From a virus (taxonomy: Duplodnaviria > Caudoviricetes), in IMG/VR virus record IMGVR_UViG_3300046011_007348, positions 1 through 64,000 of that record: 64,000 nt of DNA. One strand, 5' to 3'. The position numbers and the translations under genes were made by a program. Of this stretch, positions 9,285-19,320 are shown in pieces. The stretch's first letter is position 1. Each line of letters starts with the position of its first letter. The notes beneath the pieces were generated by a model. The model had not been told where the DNA came from, ran no database searches, and saw only the letters and a list, made by a program, of their open reading frames with translations.

Positions 9285-10586
9285 ATGGACGTTACAATAA
9301 TAACTTCTCCGGAGTCGGAGAGAGAACTTCTAAGTTATGTGTTAGTGCATGGCTTGGACATAGTTGAGAAGTATGAGATACAGGAAGAAGATTTTTCTGT
9401 GTTGGATTACAAAAAGCTATTTAAAGTATTTAAGACTTTAAATAATCAAGGCAAGCGCATTGACTTGTTGGAAGTCAGCAATTTCCTAACCACAAACTCT
9501 GTCAAGTTAGTGGCAGAGCCAAAAGCATTAATAGCATCTATTCTGGATAGTGCATATTACAATCCAGAGTCAGCAGCATCTATAGTTAAGGACAAATCGC
9601 TCAGGAGGCGAATTATGTCAGCTGCTGAATTCGCAAGGAAAGAGTCCAACAACTTGCTTGTTGAGCCACAGGATTTGTTGGCATCCATGCAAGAGGAGTT
9701 ACTAAAAGTTGAAAGGCAAGTTCATGGGGACAGATATCAGCTGTACTCTGCTAATAAACTTGCTGTAAGCGTGTTTGATTATTTGACTTCAGAGCATCAA
9801 AAATTGCCTAATTTAGGCTGGTATTCACTTGATAATATACTAGAAGGCATTCGTCCGTGCGTGTACCTTGTAGCTGGCGGTACAGGCATGGGGAAAACGT
9901 CTTTTATGTTAGCTATGGCAATGCAATTAATGAAACTGCATGGATTGCCTGCATTGTACTTTACTCCTGAGATGACACAGGAGCAGTTTGCAACGAGAAT
10001 GTTGTCAAACATTACTGGGATAAATTCTAGTGATTTGTTGCAGATTGGGAGAAATGAGCAACATCATAAGTGGGATGCAATTGTTCAAGGCATTGCACAG
10101 TTAGGAGATTTACCATTGTATGTGAACGATAATAGCTCACCTAGCATGGCAATTATTGAGTCAGATATTAGGAAAGTGATAGCTCAGCGTGGTGAGAAGA
10201 TAGCTGTATTTGTGGATTATTTACAGCAATTGCCACCTGTCTCCAAGGACGGTGATTCTGCATCTGAGTTAGGACGACGGATGCAACTACTTGATAATAT
10301 TTCTAAGAAATATCAAGTACCGCTATTTGTTGGTTGTCAGATTAATCGTAGTAACGCTACTACACAGGACAAACGTCCTGATTTGTTTAGTATCCGTGGT
10401 AGTGGAGAAATAGCGGAAAAGGCAGCTGTTATTATTGGATTATTTCGTTCTGCTTATTATAGCAAAGATCCAGGAGACAATAGCTTTGAAGCATTAGTAT
10501 TAAAAAACAGATGGGGAAGGATGGGAGAGACTGCATATTTACGATGTGATTTAGGTACTTCATCTTTCTGGGATGCAACAGTGTAG
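9285..10586 (+). CDS. dnaB: Replicative DNA helicase DnaB-like
   Basis: Walker A GGTGMGKT, VFVDYLQ, QINR, RP..SIRGSGEI, KNRWG. Confidence 0.93.
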   Translation: MDVTIITSPESERELLSYVLVHGLDIVEKYEIQEEDFSVLDYKKLFKVFKTLNNQGKRIDLLEVSNFLTTNSVKLVAEPKALIASILDSAYYNPESAASIVKDKSLRRRIMSAAEFARKESNNLLVEPQDLLASMQEELLKVERQVHGDRYQLYSANKLAVSVFDYLTSEHQKLPNLGWYSLDNILEGIRPCVYLVAGGTGMGKTSFMLAMAMQLMKLHGLPALYFTPEMTQEQFATRMLSNITGINSSDLLQIGRNEQHHKWDAIVQGIAQLGDLPLYVNDNSSPSMAIIESDIRKVIAQRGEKIAVFVDYLQQLPPVSKDGDSASELGRRMQLLDNISKKYQVPLFVGCQINRSNATTQDKRPDLFSIRGSGEIAEKAAVIIGLFRSAYYSKDPGDNSFEALVLKNRWGRMGETAYLRCDLGTSSFWDATV

Positions 10587-10651
10587 CTCCTGTTGTTAAA
10601 CCTGCATTACTGTCAATATAATTAAAAAATAATGACAAATGCAGGTATCTC

Positions 10652-10942
10652 ATGACAGAAGAAGAAAGAGATTTAAGAAGGCGGGAAGCTCAAAAACGTT
10701 ACTATGAGCGTTCCAAGCGTGGATATAAGCCGTCTAGATGTAGTAAGTGTGGAGCTAGACTTAAAATTGATTCTAAGCACGCTCCTATCTGCTGGGGCTG
10801 TTGGTACAAAACTGACGAAGGCAAAGAGTATTTGCGAGACAAGCAACGTCTTTGCAGAAAGAGAAAAAAGTCAGATAATCTATTGACAATTACTAGAAAA
10901 AATACTATAGTAGATGAAACGATTAGTGTAGGTGTAGTATGA
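10652..10942 (+). CDS. Small basic Zn-finger protein
   Basis: CSKC and CWGC pairs, Arg/Lys-rich. Confidence 0.55.
   Translation: MTEEERDLRRREAQKRYYERSKRGYKPSRCSKCGARLKIDSKHAPICWGCWYKTDEGKEYLRDKQRLCRKRKKSDNLLTITRKNTIVDETISVGVV
10883..10911 (+). promoter_or_regulatory. Sigma70-type promoter for ERF gene
   Basis: TTGACA-N17-TATAGT. Confidence 0.75.
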
Positions 10943-11667
10943 ATGAATTAATAACAGCATTAATTGCAGCGGAAGAGGAATTTGAGACAATCATTAAGGA
11001 TTGTCGCAATAAAGCGCAGAATTTTTCTTATGCTTCTATGGAAGCAATCAATCAGGCTATTAAACCTGCTTTACGCAAGCATGGCTTAAATGTCATGTTT
11101 ATCAATAGTCAAGAAGCGGATGACGAAAATCCTACACTGACGCTTGTGTTAACTCACAAGTCAGGGGAGAAATTAGAGAGTTCTATGAGACTTACGCCGT
11201 CTATCATGAAGAACAAAGATGGCAGGGAAATTCAAACGTACGCTCAAGCTTTGGCTGCTGCTAATACGTCAGCCAAAAGATTACTGCTAACAAGTATGTT
11301 GAATCTTTCTTTGGAGGAAGATGAAGACAGTGTATTCAACCCCGCTGAAATGCAGGCTCACAGAGTTCCGCATCGGGCTTTACCACAGCAGCAGCAAAAA
11401 ACATTCGAGAAAATATCGTCAGAGCAGCTTTTGACGTTGAATAAGCTGCTTTACAAAAAAGGAATGGTGAACGATAAGTTCCAAGCAGACGATGCTCAGA
11501 GAGCAGCTGCGTCTTCTGTCATTAAAGAAGTCTGTGGAGGTATATTTGCAAGAGCTGATATTCCTCAGAAGCATTTTCAGGCATTGCTTACCAAGCTGGA
11601 TGCTATACCAGATGCATTAGAATCTTCTGAAGAGAAAAACACGGAAGATATAAGCAAGTGGATATAG
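10939..11667 (+). CDS. ERF-family single-strand annealing protein
   Basis: YASMEAI..AIKPALRKHGL, LTHKSGE, Q..AAANTSAKRLLL. Confidence 0.85.
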   Translation: MNELITALIAAEEEFETIIKDCRNKAQNFSYASMEAINQAIKPALRKHGLNVMFINSQEADDENPTLTLVLTHKSGEKLESSMRLTPSIMKNKDGREIQTYAQALAAANTSAKRLLLTSMLNLSLEEDEDSVFNPAEMQAHRVPHRALPQQQQKTFEKISSEQLLTLNKLLYKKGMVNDKFQADDAQRAAASSVIKEVCGGIFARADIPQKHFQALLTKLDAIPDALESSEEKNTEDISKWI

Positions 11668-11676
11668 ATTAATTTT

Positions 11677-11707
11677 TACCCGCTCTTGTTTAAGAGCGGG
11701 TATTTTT
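11677..11707. terminator. Terminator between convergent ERF and dnaN
   Basis: TACCCGCTCTT-N4-AAGAGCGGGTA followed by T-run. Confidence 0.8.
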
Positions 11708-12820
11708 TTAGTTTCTTAATTGAATAGGCATTGTCAATCTGATATTCTTGTCTAAATCGTCTACATTGGTTAAAATTACTGGACTTAACGGCTGATTTAG
11801 CTTAATTAATACTTCCTCCCCATCTAATGATTTTAATCCATCCAGGAGGTATTTTAAATTGAATGCAGTTGTTACAGAGTCGCCAGATATTTGAACTGAC
11901 TCAATAGCATCAACAGCAGAGCCAAGTTGTGGTTCTTCACTACTAATTTCTAATCTTTGATTACCAGCATCAAACACAACTTTAGCTATATTGTTGCGAC
12001 TATCAGCCATAACACTAACTCTCTCTAATGCGCCGATAAAGTCTTTTTTGGGAGCGATAACAAAAGTTGTAAATTCTTTTGGGATTAGTCTTGAGTAGCT
12101 TGGGAATGTGCCTTCTAGAATTTTAGTTACTATTGTTATTTCCGCTGTTTGGAAGTAAGCAATGTAATCTTTGATAGTAAAACTTAGCTCATCATAAGCC
12201 TTAACAATTCTGGAAATTTCTGTTAAGACTTTAGCTGGAATCGTTACTTCCATTGTTTCTAATTCTTTGTCATGAGCAAATTTATGTACAGATAATCTAT
12301 GCCCATCTGTACTAGCTAGTGTGATAAATAAATCAGAGACAGTAATATTTACTCCTTGTAGAATTTGCTTTGTCTCATCTGTTGATGCGGAGAACAGTAC
12401 GGCTTTTAAGCCCTGTAAAAAAGACTCTGCTGGTAATTTAAGTTTGTCATCTTCATCTTGAACCATTGGTATTTCTGGATATTCTGACGCACTTAGTGCG
12501 TTGATTTTCACCTTTCCAGTTTTGTGTTTGATAATTACTGTACTATCATCCAAAGTAACGGATAAATCGCATAATTGAATACGATTTACTGTATCTAACA
12601 ACAAACTTGCTGGTAAGCAAATTGAACCATTTGTATCTGTGCTACAATTGATTCTAGCTGTTATCCCAAAACTTAAATCGAATCCAGTGATAGTAAGCAA
12701 GTCGTCTTTAGCTGTTAACAATACCGTGCCTAGTATTGGATGGGTGGGACGACTTGGGACGGCTTTAGAAACTATTCCTAAAGCATTAGCCAGCATTTTT
12801 TGGTTAACGTGAAATTTCAT
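11708..12820 (-). CDS. dnaN: DNA polymerase III beta sliding clamp
   Basis: AVPSRPTHPIL, ASTDETKQILQGV, STDGHRL, FNLKYLLDGL, terminal MPIQLR; 370 aa. Confidence 0.95.
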   Translation of the reverse strand: MKFHVNQKMLANALGIVSKAVPSRPTHPILGTVLLTAKDDLLTITGFDLSFGITARINCSTDTNGSICLPASLLLDTVNRIQLCDLSVTLDDSTVIIKHKTGKVKINALSASEYPEIPMVQDEDDKLKLPAESFLQGLKAVLFSASTDETKQILQGVNITVSDLFITLASTDGHRLSVHKFAHDKELETMEVTIPAKVLTEISRIVKAYDELSFTIKDYIAYFQTAEITIVTKILEGTFPSYSRLIPKEFTTFVIAPKKDFIGALERVSVMADSRNNIAKVVFDAGNQRLEISSEEPQLGSAVDAIESVQISGDSVTTAFNLKYLLDGLKSLDGEEVLIKLNQPLSPVILTNVDDLDKNIRLTMPIQLRN

Positions 12821-12854
12821 TTTGTGTTAAAAACTAAAGGTGTCATTTAATTAT

Positions 12855-14360
12855 ATGATAAATGTCAAGTTAAATCCTAAAAATAAAACAAAAATTAAAC
12901 AAAAAACTATTGATATCTTGACACAAGATGGGAGATCTAATTCACTGGATAATTTTTACCAAGTCCCTAGGAAGTATGGAGATTTTTTAGAAGAATGTTG
13001 TCGTATACGTTCTGGTAATAAATTTATTCCATTTATGCCATTTGATTATCAAAAAGTTGTTAGTGATTTGATTGATGACTACCGTGGGATAATGATTTTT
13101 AAGACAAGACAATTAGGATTAACAGAATGTATTTCTGCTAAATTCTTACACAAAGCATTATTAAATCCAGCGTATGCTTCTGCTGTTTTATCGTTGGGAC
13201 AAAAAGAGTCGTCTAACATTGCTGTACGTATTCAATCAATGCCTGCTAATGTAAAAGATCTTAAATTTTTAACTAAATCTAAAACTGAAATTCACTTCCA
13301 GAATGCTGGTAAAATATGGTTTCGTCCAGCTACAGATAATGCTACGCGTTCTTTGGAATCTGTTAGTGATATTTTTTATGATGAAGCTGCTTTTCCTCCA
13401 AATTTTAGTGAGATTTATGCCTCATCAACACCATCTCAAGAAGCGGTAGGGGAGAATGCTAGAACTATAATGGCTACTACAATGTCACAACTAGGTAAGT
13501 TATCGACATTTTGGCAAATGTTCAATAGCGCTAATCCTGTGGATGCAGAATCTATAATTCAACGGATAAAGTTGGGGAAAGAAGAGCCATGTTATTGGTG
13601 GATAGATGACAATGGTTGGGCGAAAGTTATTATCCACTGGAAAGCACACCCTATATATTCTTCTGTACCTGACTTCTTAGAGAAAACTAAGAAGAAGCAC
13701 AAGCTAACAGATGATGCTTTGAACAGAGAATATAATTTAGGCATTCCTGACTCAGGTGGTGCATTATTTAGTTATGAATATGTCTCTAAATGCGCAGTCG
13801 GTAGTTGGCAATTACCAAACAAAGATAGATATTATATGGCTGCTTTAGATCCAAATTTTGGTGGTACAGACTATTGGGAATATTTGATTATTGACATTAC
13901 AGAAACTCCTTATCAAGTAGTTGCAGAATATAGAGAAAACTCTAGACAATCTTTGTATTGTATAGACAAAACGCTGGAGTTATCTGATGCCTATAATCCA
14001 GTTTTAACAGTGATAGAACATAATTCAGGTGGTGCTATTATTGCAGCTGAAATCTCCAAATTGAGGCGTAATTTATCAATTGAAACTGTAGCTACTACCA
14101 ACGTATCTAAAGTGCAAAATACAGATAGATTAGCGTTAGCTTTAGAAAAACAAGAAGTTATATTCCCCTACAATTGGGATGGATTAACAGAATTTGGCGC
14201 GTTCTCTTTGCAAAGCAGAAAAGCTATGTACGGACATGACGACTGTGTTATGTGCCTTGCTATTGCTTTTGCTAAATTAGATGTTGCTTTAAGACGCAAA
14301 GGTACTGCCCTAGAAGGAGATCTAGGAACTATCGCGGGACGTAAAAGCAGATTTAGATAA
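12855..14360 (+). CDS. terL: Terminase large subunit
   Basis: KTRQLGLT Walker A, YDEAAF Walker B, nuclease LDPNFGGTD and HDDCVMCLA. Confidence 0.9.
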   Translation: MINVKLNPKNKTKIKQKTIDILTQDGRSNSLDNFYQVPRKYGDFLEECCRIRSGNKFIPFMPFDYQKVVSDLIDDYRGIMIFKTRQLGLTECISAKFLHKALLNPAYASAVLSLGQKESSNIAVRIQSMPANVKDLKFLTKSKTEIHFQNAGKIWFRPATDNATRSLESVSDIFYDEAAFPPNFSEIYASSTPSQEAVGENARTIMATTMSQLGKLSTFWQMFNSANPVDAESIIQRIKLGKEEPCYWWIDDNGWAKVIIHWKAHPIYSSVPDFLEKTKKKHKLTDDALNREYNLGIPDSGGALFSYEYVSKCAVGSWQLPNKDRYYMAALDPNFGGTDYWEYLIIDITETPYQVVAEYRENSRQSLYCIDKTLELSDAYNPVLTVIEHNSGGAIIAAEISKLRRNLSIETVATTNVSKVQNTDRLALALEKQEVIFPYNWDGLTEFGAFSLQSRKAMYGHDDCVMCLAIAFAKLDVALRRKGTALEGDLGTIAGRKSRFR

Positions 14361-14485
14361 GGAAAGCCCTGTTGAAGAGAAGGGCATAGAGAGGGATAAA
14401 ATTATTGTACCAAAAATTTTCTATATTACAGTTTTGCGTATATGTAACATATAATTAAAATTATATTATTTAATAACATTTTTGT

Positions 14486-15757
14486 ATGGTTAATTACGGA
14501 AAAATATTTAGCAAACTTTGGCAATTTTTTAGAGGCTCTAATAATCTAGAAGGCATTAGGCAATCTGTTATTTATCCGCACACTCAAACTAAAAATTATT
14601 TCGATTTACCAGAAACGCCTATACGTCCGGTACACGGTGATTTGAATATATCTTACGAACTTCTAGAGATGTATTATTGGAGTTATGAATACAGGCACTC
14701 CATTGATACTATCGCATCTGATTGCTTCCAGGAAGTGGAAGGACAAGTCAGCAGTTGGTATGTCAATCCTACTTTAAGTGATGGCACAGTTGTTAGTCCG
14801 GAAGTGCTGGAAATAGCCAAAGAGCTATCAGAGTACAGATATGGTAAAGAACTAGTATTAGGTGGTGATTTCTTAATTAGAGCAGCGATAGAAGCGTTAG
14901 CGTTTGGCGACAGTTTCGTTGAATTAGGCATTGGTAAAACAGGAATTGGTAATAATGATTGGGACATTGTTTCTAGTCAGTATTTACCTACTTTCTCTGT
15001 ATTTGTGGAAAAGACTAGCAGTAATCAAACAGTAAGTTATATTCAACGTACAAGAGTCATGCCATCGGAGGATGATATTCAATTCAATCCTGTTAAAATA
15101 CTGCATTTTAAATACAAATCTAGAGGATTGTATGGCAATTCTATTGGATTTCCTTCTATAGAAACATGGCGTAAATTCAAAGAGTGTTCTGTGGCATTAG
15201 AGACAGCAGCGCGAGATGTGGGGATTACTCCATGGTTGCATATTTTACCAGAAGACAAGACGGAACAAGACAGAATAGATTACATGCAGCGTCATGAATC
15301 TATGTCAGCAAGTGGTATTATTACCAATTTGTATTTACTGTCTGGCTCTGATGTCAAGAAAGCTGCTGGAACAAGTGGTGATTCATTAGCTCCTTTAATT
15401 GATTATTGGCTAAAGCTAAGATATCAATGCATTCCTCCTAGAGTGCCTGCCTGGATATTTCCAGGATTAGCAGAATCCACAGGTTCTAGAGATATTCATG
15501 GACAGCCAGCGTTAACTTATAGTCGTCTGATTGGTGAAGTCCGTTCCTTGATTGGAGAGCAAGTTAGATGGGCGATTTGTCTAAAAATGGTATTAAGATA
15601 TGGATACGATTTTTACATTGCTAACAGGCATTTTGATGTCAAATGGCCTAAGTGGGTATTAACTCCTAACTCTGAATACACACAAGTCATGGGTGAGTTT
15701 GCTTCTCCTACTGATATTCCAACAACTACAGAATCTCCGGAGTCATATGGAAACTAA
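14486..15757 (+). CDS. Portal protein
   Basis: Follows TerL; FGDSFVE, ILHFK...LYG.S portal-like motifs; 423 aa. Confidence 0.75.
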   Translation: MVNYGKIFSKLWQFFRGSNNLEGIRQSVIYPHTQTKNYFDLPETPIRPVHGDLNISYELLEMYYWSYEYRHSIDTIASDCFQEVEGQVSSWYVNPTLSDGTVVSPEVLEIAKELSEYRYGKELVLGGDFLIRAAIEALAFGDSFVELGIGKTGIGNNDWDIVSSQYLPTFSVFVEKTSSNQTVSYIQRTRVMPSEDDIQFNPVKILHFKYKSRGLYGNSIGFPSIETWRKFKECSVALETAARDVGITPWLHILPEDKTEQDRIDYMQRHESMSASGIITNLYLLSGSDVKKAAGTSGDSLAPLIDYWLKLRYQCIPPRVPAWIFPGLAESTGSRDIHGQPALTYSRLIGEVRSLIGEQVRWAICLKMVLRYGYDFYIANRHFDVKWPKWVLTPNSEYTQVMGEFASPTDIPTTTESPESYGN

Positions 15758-15920
15758 TTTTATTCCAACTGAACAATCAAATTTAGAGCCGTTAGAAACA
15801 TTGCTAAGACGTGCTTTAATCTTCCCTGAAGATGTTGACAAATACATTGAAGATTGGGACGAAAATAATCCAGATTATGCCGGATTACTCAATGCTGAAA
15901 TTTTACCAGAGGAGACATAA
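15747..15920 (+). CDS. Small acidic head-region protein
   Basis: GGAG RBS, coupled between portal and next gene. Confidence 0.5.
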   Translation: METNFIPTEQSNLEPLETLLRRALIFPEDVDKYIEDWDENNPDYAGLLNAEILPEET

Positions 15921-16618
15921 TGGATTTTGCGTTTGATCCAAAAACTCAAAGATTTAGATATACTTCTGGTATTTTTGCTGGTAAATTTGTGTCTAGAGCA
16001 GATGTCCAAGAAATTATAGAAAATGGAATTAAACGATTAAAAACTGATATAAAAACTGTAACTGAATTATTATTAAATAATAAAATCAGTGTAAGTACTT
16101 GGGAATCTACTATGGCTGAGATTATCAAGAAAGGAGACACACAATCTTATCTAGCAGGCAAAGGAGGCAAGTACATTTTTAAATCTAGAGACAAAGGCAT
16201 TGTAGGTAAAGCCTTAGCTGAGGAATATGCTTACTTACGTCGTTTCTCTCAAGAAATTAAAAATGGCAATTTATCACCTTCTCAGATAAAAGACAGAGCT
16301 AACAAGTACGGAGATTCTTTCTATAAATTCTATGAAAGAGGACGTGCTGAATCTCATAAAGAAGCTGGATTTAGATGGGAGAAATGGATAATTGGTGCTT
16401 ACAACAATGTTTGTCCAGATTGCATAGCTTATTCATTATCCGGCTGGCAATTAATTGGACACTTCCCATCAATTGGTGTGGCAACAGCATGTAAAATGCG
16501 TTGTAGATGCCATAAAGATTATTCTAGTAATGTTAGTAAACCTGATTTAAATTTATTAAATTCAAGACAAGGATGGATTAATCATGCTGCAAATTATGGA
16601 ACTTACAAAGTCCGCTAA
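15920..16618 (+). CDS. Head morphogenesis / minor capsid protein (MuF/SPP1 gp7-like)
   Basis: Position after portal; VCPDC...C..RCRC motif. Confidence 0.7.
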   Translation: MDFAFDPKTQRFRYTSGIFAGKFVSRADVQEIIENGIKRLKTDIKTVTELLLNNKISVSTWESTMAEIIKKGDTQSYLAGKGGKYIFKSRDKGIVGKALAEEYAYLRRFSQEIKNGNLSPSQIKDRANKYGDSFYKFYERGRAESHKEAGFRWEKWIIGAYNNVCPDCIAYSLSGWQLIGHFPSIGVATACKMRCRCHKDYSSNVSKPDLNLLNSRQGWINHAANYGTYKVR

Positions 16619-17288
16619 ACGTGTTTTATACATGGGAACTCCTATTCCAGAAGATTTGGATAAAATCAAATCATTGACAAAACAAGAATGGGAAGCTGAT
16701 GAATGGTTTATTGTTCCTTTAAGAGCATCTGATAATTTGGTAAGTCGCAATTACAAAGTATGGCATGACAATGTTTTAGAACAAATGCCACAGCAATTAA
16801 TTGGTAAAAGTTTACTTAAAAATCATGATTGGGATAATGTAGAAAATTCTACTGGTTTTATTTTAGATGCTTTTTTGGCTAATGACTCCTTGCCAGAATA
16901 TAGTCAAGATAAAATGTATAAAAACTTATCCTCTATTAAAGATAAAGGATATAAATGTGTTTACTGTATTGCTGCTATCCATGCTTCAAAAGCACAAGAT
17001 ATCATGGATATTAAGACAATGCGGATTAGTAAATGTTCTACTGGTGGTGTCTTATCTGAAGTAGATATTATTTGCCCAAACTGTTCTGCTGAATATGGTA
17101 GAGAAGTTAGCTTTTTTGAAATAGACGAATATGGCAATTATATCTGTCCTCATCAAATACCAGGTGGATACGATTATGATGAGGACGACGAATTAGCTGA
17201 TTACGCTATTTGGAATGGAGTGTTCGATGGAGTCGAATTGTCCTTGGTTGTTTGCGGCAATCTGTTCAAAGCTGAAATCATTAGATAG
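16596..17288 (+). CDS. Putative prohead protease (HK97-like) with Zn-binding insertion
   Basis: LLKNHDW, CSTGG, CPNC..CPH, ELSLV pattern. Confidence 0.65.
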   Translation: MELTKSAKRVLYMGTPIPEDLDKIKSLTKQEWEADEWFIVPLRASDNLVSRNYKVWHDNVLEQMPQQLIGKSLLKNHDWDNVENSTGFILDAFLANDSLPEYSQDKMYKNLSSIKDKGYKCVYCIAAIHASKAQDIMDIKTMRISKCSTGGVLSEVDIICPNCSAEYGREVSFFEIDEYGNYICPHQIPGGYDYDEDDELADYAIWNGVFDGVELSLVVCGNLFKAEIIR

Positions 17289-17588
17289 TTCCTCTAATTC
17301 TTCACTAGAGATTAGTTGATAAGTCACAGGCATGATAATCTGTGGTAATATCAAATCTCCTACATCTTCCTGTGTTGGAACTGGGAAGATGTAAAAATCT
17401 TTGAACTCTTTAATCTCCGCCCATGTTGTAGTCTTGGCAGCATTTATATCCGGCTCTCCTGTCTCTGCATTTACAGATATTATGCCTTCCTGCGTGACTA
17501 ATTCTGGTGGAAACATAGATGCTAAAGTGACATTAATATAATCTAATGCCGTCTGTGCGTCTTCTTTGTTTGTGAATTTGTAATACAT
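17193..17588 (-). CDS. Hypothetical tail-fibre-associated protein
   Basis: Last gene of minus-strand block; TTTWAEI motif; overlaps convergent gene by 96 bp. Confidence 0.55.
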   Translation of the reverse strand: MYYKFTNKEDAQTALDYINVTLASMFPPELVTQEGIISVNAETGEPDINAAKTTTWAEIKEFKDFYIFPVPTQEDVGDLILPQIIMPVTYQLISSEELEELSNDFSFEQIAANNQGQFDSIEHSIPNSVIS

Positions 17589-17589
17589 A

Positions 17590-19311
17590 TTAAACAGCAG
17601 TTAATTGAATGTTGGCGGAAGTTAAGGTATTAGCCGTGTAATTGAACTCTTGGAAACTCCCATAGAATCCTAATCTTGATAATACTTCAGTTTCATTAAC
17701 TGCGGTAGTTGTAACCATAATACTAATTATTGGTAATTCAGTAGTAGTATTTGTGGATATTCTTAGGTTTGTAGCAGTAATCGATATTCTTTTAACATAT
17801 CCATAAAGAGTTCCTATATATACAATAGCATTTGTAACACCATTTATTGAACTAAAATTAAGAGTAATTGTTTTTGTGCTACTGAACATAACACATGTTA
17901 TGCCATTTATTGTCTGAGTTGTTAAACCAGATATTGTTTGATTGCTAGTTCCAGTTACTGGAGTCCATGCATCTACATTGCTACCACTAACAGTTAAACC
18001 ACTATTAGATCTATAACTTCTAGTTACTCCAGTTGTTAAAGTAGTTGGTGCTGCTCCTAATGGAATAGTTAAACTTTTCTTAGCTAAAATCCAGAAAAGT
18101 GCTTTTTGCCCTGACACTGTTCCGTTTGAAAAGTTGTATTGTACTCCATTTAATGATTCATTGGTGTTTCTTAATGTTTGCTCCCATGTCTTCCATTCTT
18201 GGTTGTAATTATCTACTCGTTGTTGTAAAAGTGTTTTTGTTTGATCTTCAGTATTTATCCCATTTTCGTAATCATCTATAATATTATTCCAATCTGGTAT
18301 AGTGTCTTGAATATTAGTAAAGCTAGGTTTTCTTCTGTCAATGTTTGTCAAAGATGCATTAACGTCAGAAGTAGTACGAATGTAAGTAACATTTTTTGAT
18401 AAATTATTTGCAATTCCTGCTGCTATTGATATTATAAAATTATCAAGGCTTAAAGCTGACATTGCGTTGCTTCTTAATGGATCTGTGTACGTAATTGTGT
18501 TTACATGATCAGACGCTGATATGTGTGTAATGTTTATTCCGAATGAATATGGATACAAAAAATTAGTTACAAGAGAAGTGTCAAAAGGTGGTATAATCTC
18601 AAGATTGGTGCAATTTTGGAACATTCCAGAGATACTACTTACTTTATATAATCTTGCAAAGATTAAAAATGTCAATCCAAAAAATGCGTTTGAAAAGCTT
18701 TTGTATGTAGTATTACTTATCGCTGGCGTTGTCTTAACATGTGAAGCAACAGTATTGAGACTATTTTGAGTAAGAAAAAAATGATCTAAAGAATTTAGAT
18801 TGCTGTATTTAAGGTTTTGAGACTTGCTTCCAAAATAATTCTCTATAATATTTTTATGCGTTATTTGAGAAGTTAAAACAATCCCAATTATAGATGTAAA
18901 ATTTTGAACATTTCTGCTAAAATCCCCATCTCTCCAGCATTTCAATACAACATTTTGCGTACTAGGTGGGACAGTTATTACAAATTGCAAAACACCATGT
19001 ATGGCATCAGCAATATACAGAAAGCCATCAAATCCAGCTACTCCAAAGTTTATCAAAAAATTTTTAATTGAACCCATATTTATAGTTCTTAATCCAGTGC
19101 TAGTAGCAGGATTATAAATTGGCTGTTCACTACCAACAGTTTGTGTAGCTGGCACATTATTAACACTCCTATCCCCCCAGCTAGTTATATTATTAGTGCC
19201 AGAAGCTAATGTAATTGTAAAAGTAACTGTAGCATCATAAAATCTTAATACTTCAGGGAGTATTGATGATATATCAGCTGTTGCGTTTGTTTTAATTGCG
19301 ATTTTGCCCAT
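17590..19311 (-). CDS. Putative tail fibre / receptor-binding protein
   Basis: Thr/Asn/Ser-rich beta protein; WGDRS...TQT...QP lectin-like start; one BspA-like unit MFQNCTNLEIIPPFDTSLVTNF. Confidence 0.55.
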   Translation of the reverse strand: MGKIAIKTNATADISSILPEVLRFYDATVTFTITLASGTNNITSWGDRSVNNVPATQTVGSEQPIYNPATSTGLRTINMGSIKNFLINFGVAGFDGFLYIADAIHGVLQFVITVPPSTQNVVLKCWRDGDFSRNVQNFTSIIGIVLTSQITHKNIIENYFGSKSQNLKYSNLNSLDHFFLTQNSLNTVASHVKTTPAISNTTYKSFSNAFFGLTFLIFARLYKVSSISGMFQNCTNLEIIPPFDTSLVTNFLYPYSFGINITHISASDHVNTITYTDPLRSNAMSALSLDNFIISIAAGIANNLSKNVTYIRTTSDVNASLTNIDRRKPSFTNIQDTIPDWNNIIDDYENGINTEDQTKTLLQQRVDNYNQEWKTWEQTLRNTNESLNGVQYNFSNGTVSGQKALFWILAKKSLTIPLGAAPTTLTTGVTRSYRSNSGLTVSGSNVDAWTPVTGTSNQTISGLTTQTINGITCVMFSSTKTITLNFSSINGVTNAIVYIGTLYGYVKRISITATNLRISTNTTTELPIISIMVTTTAVNETEVLSRLGFYGSFQEFNYTANTLTSANIQLTAV

Positions 19312-19320
19312 TGGTTTCTC

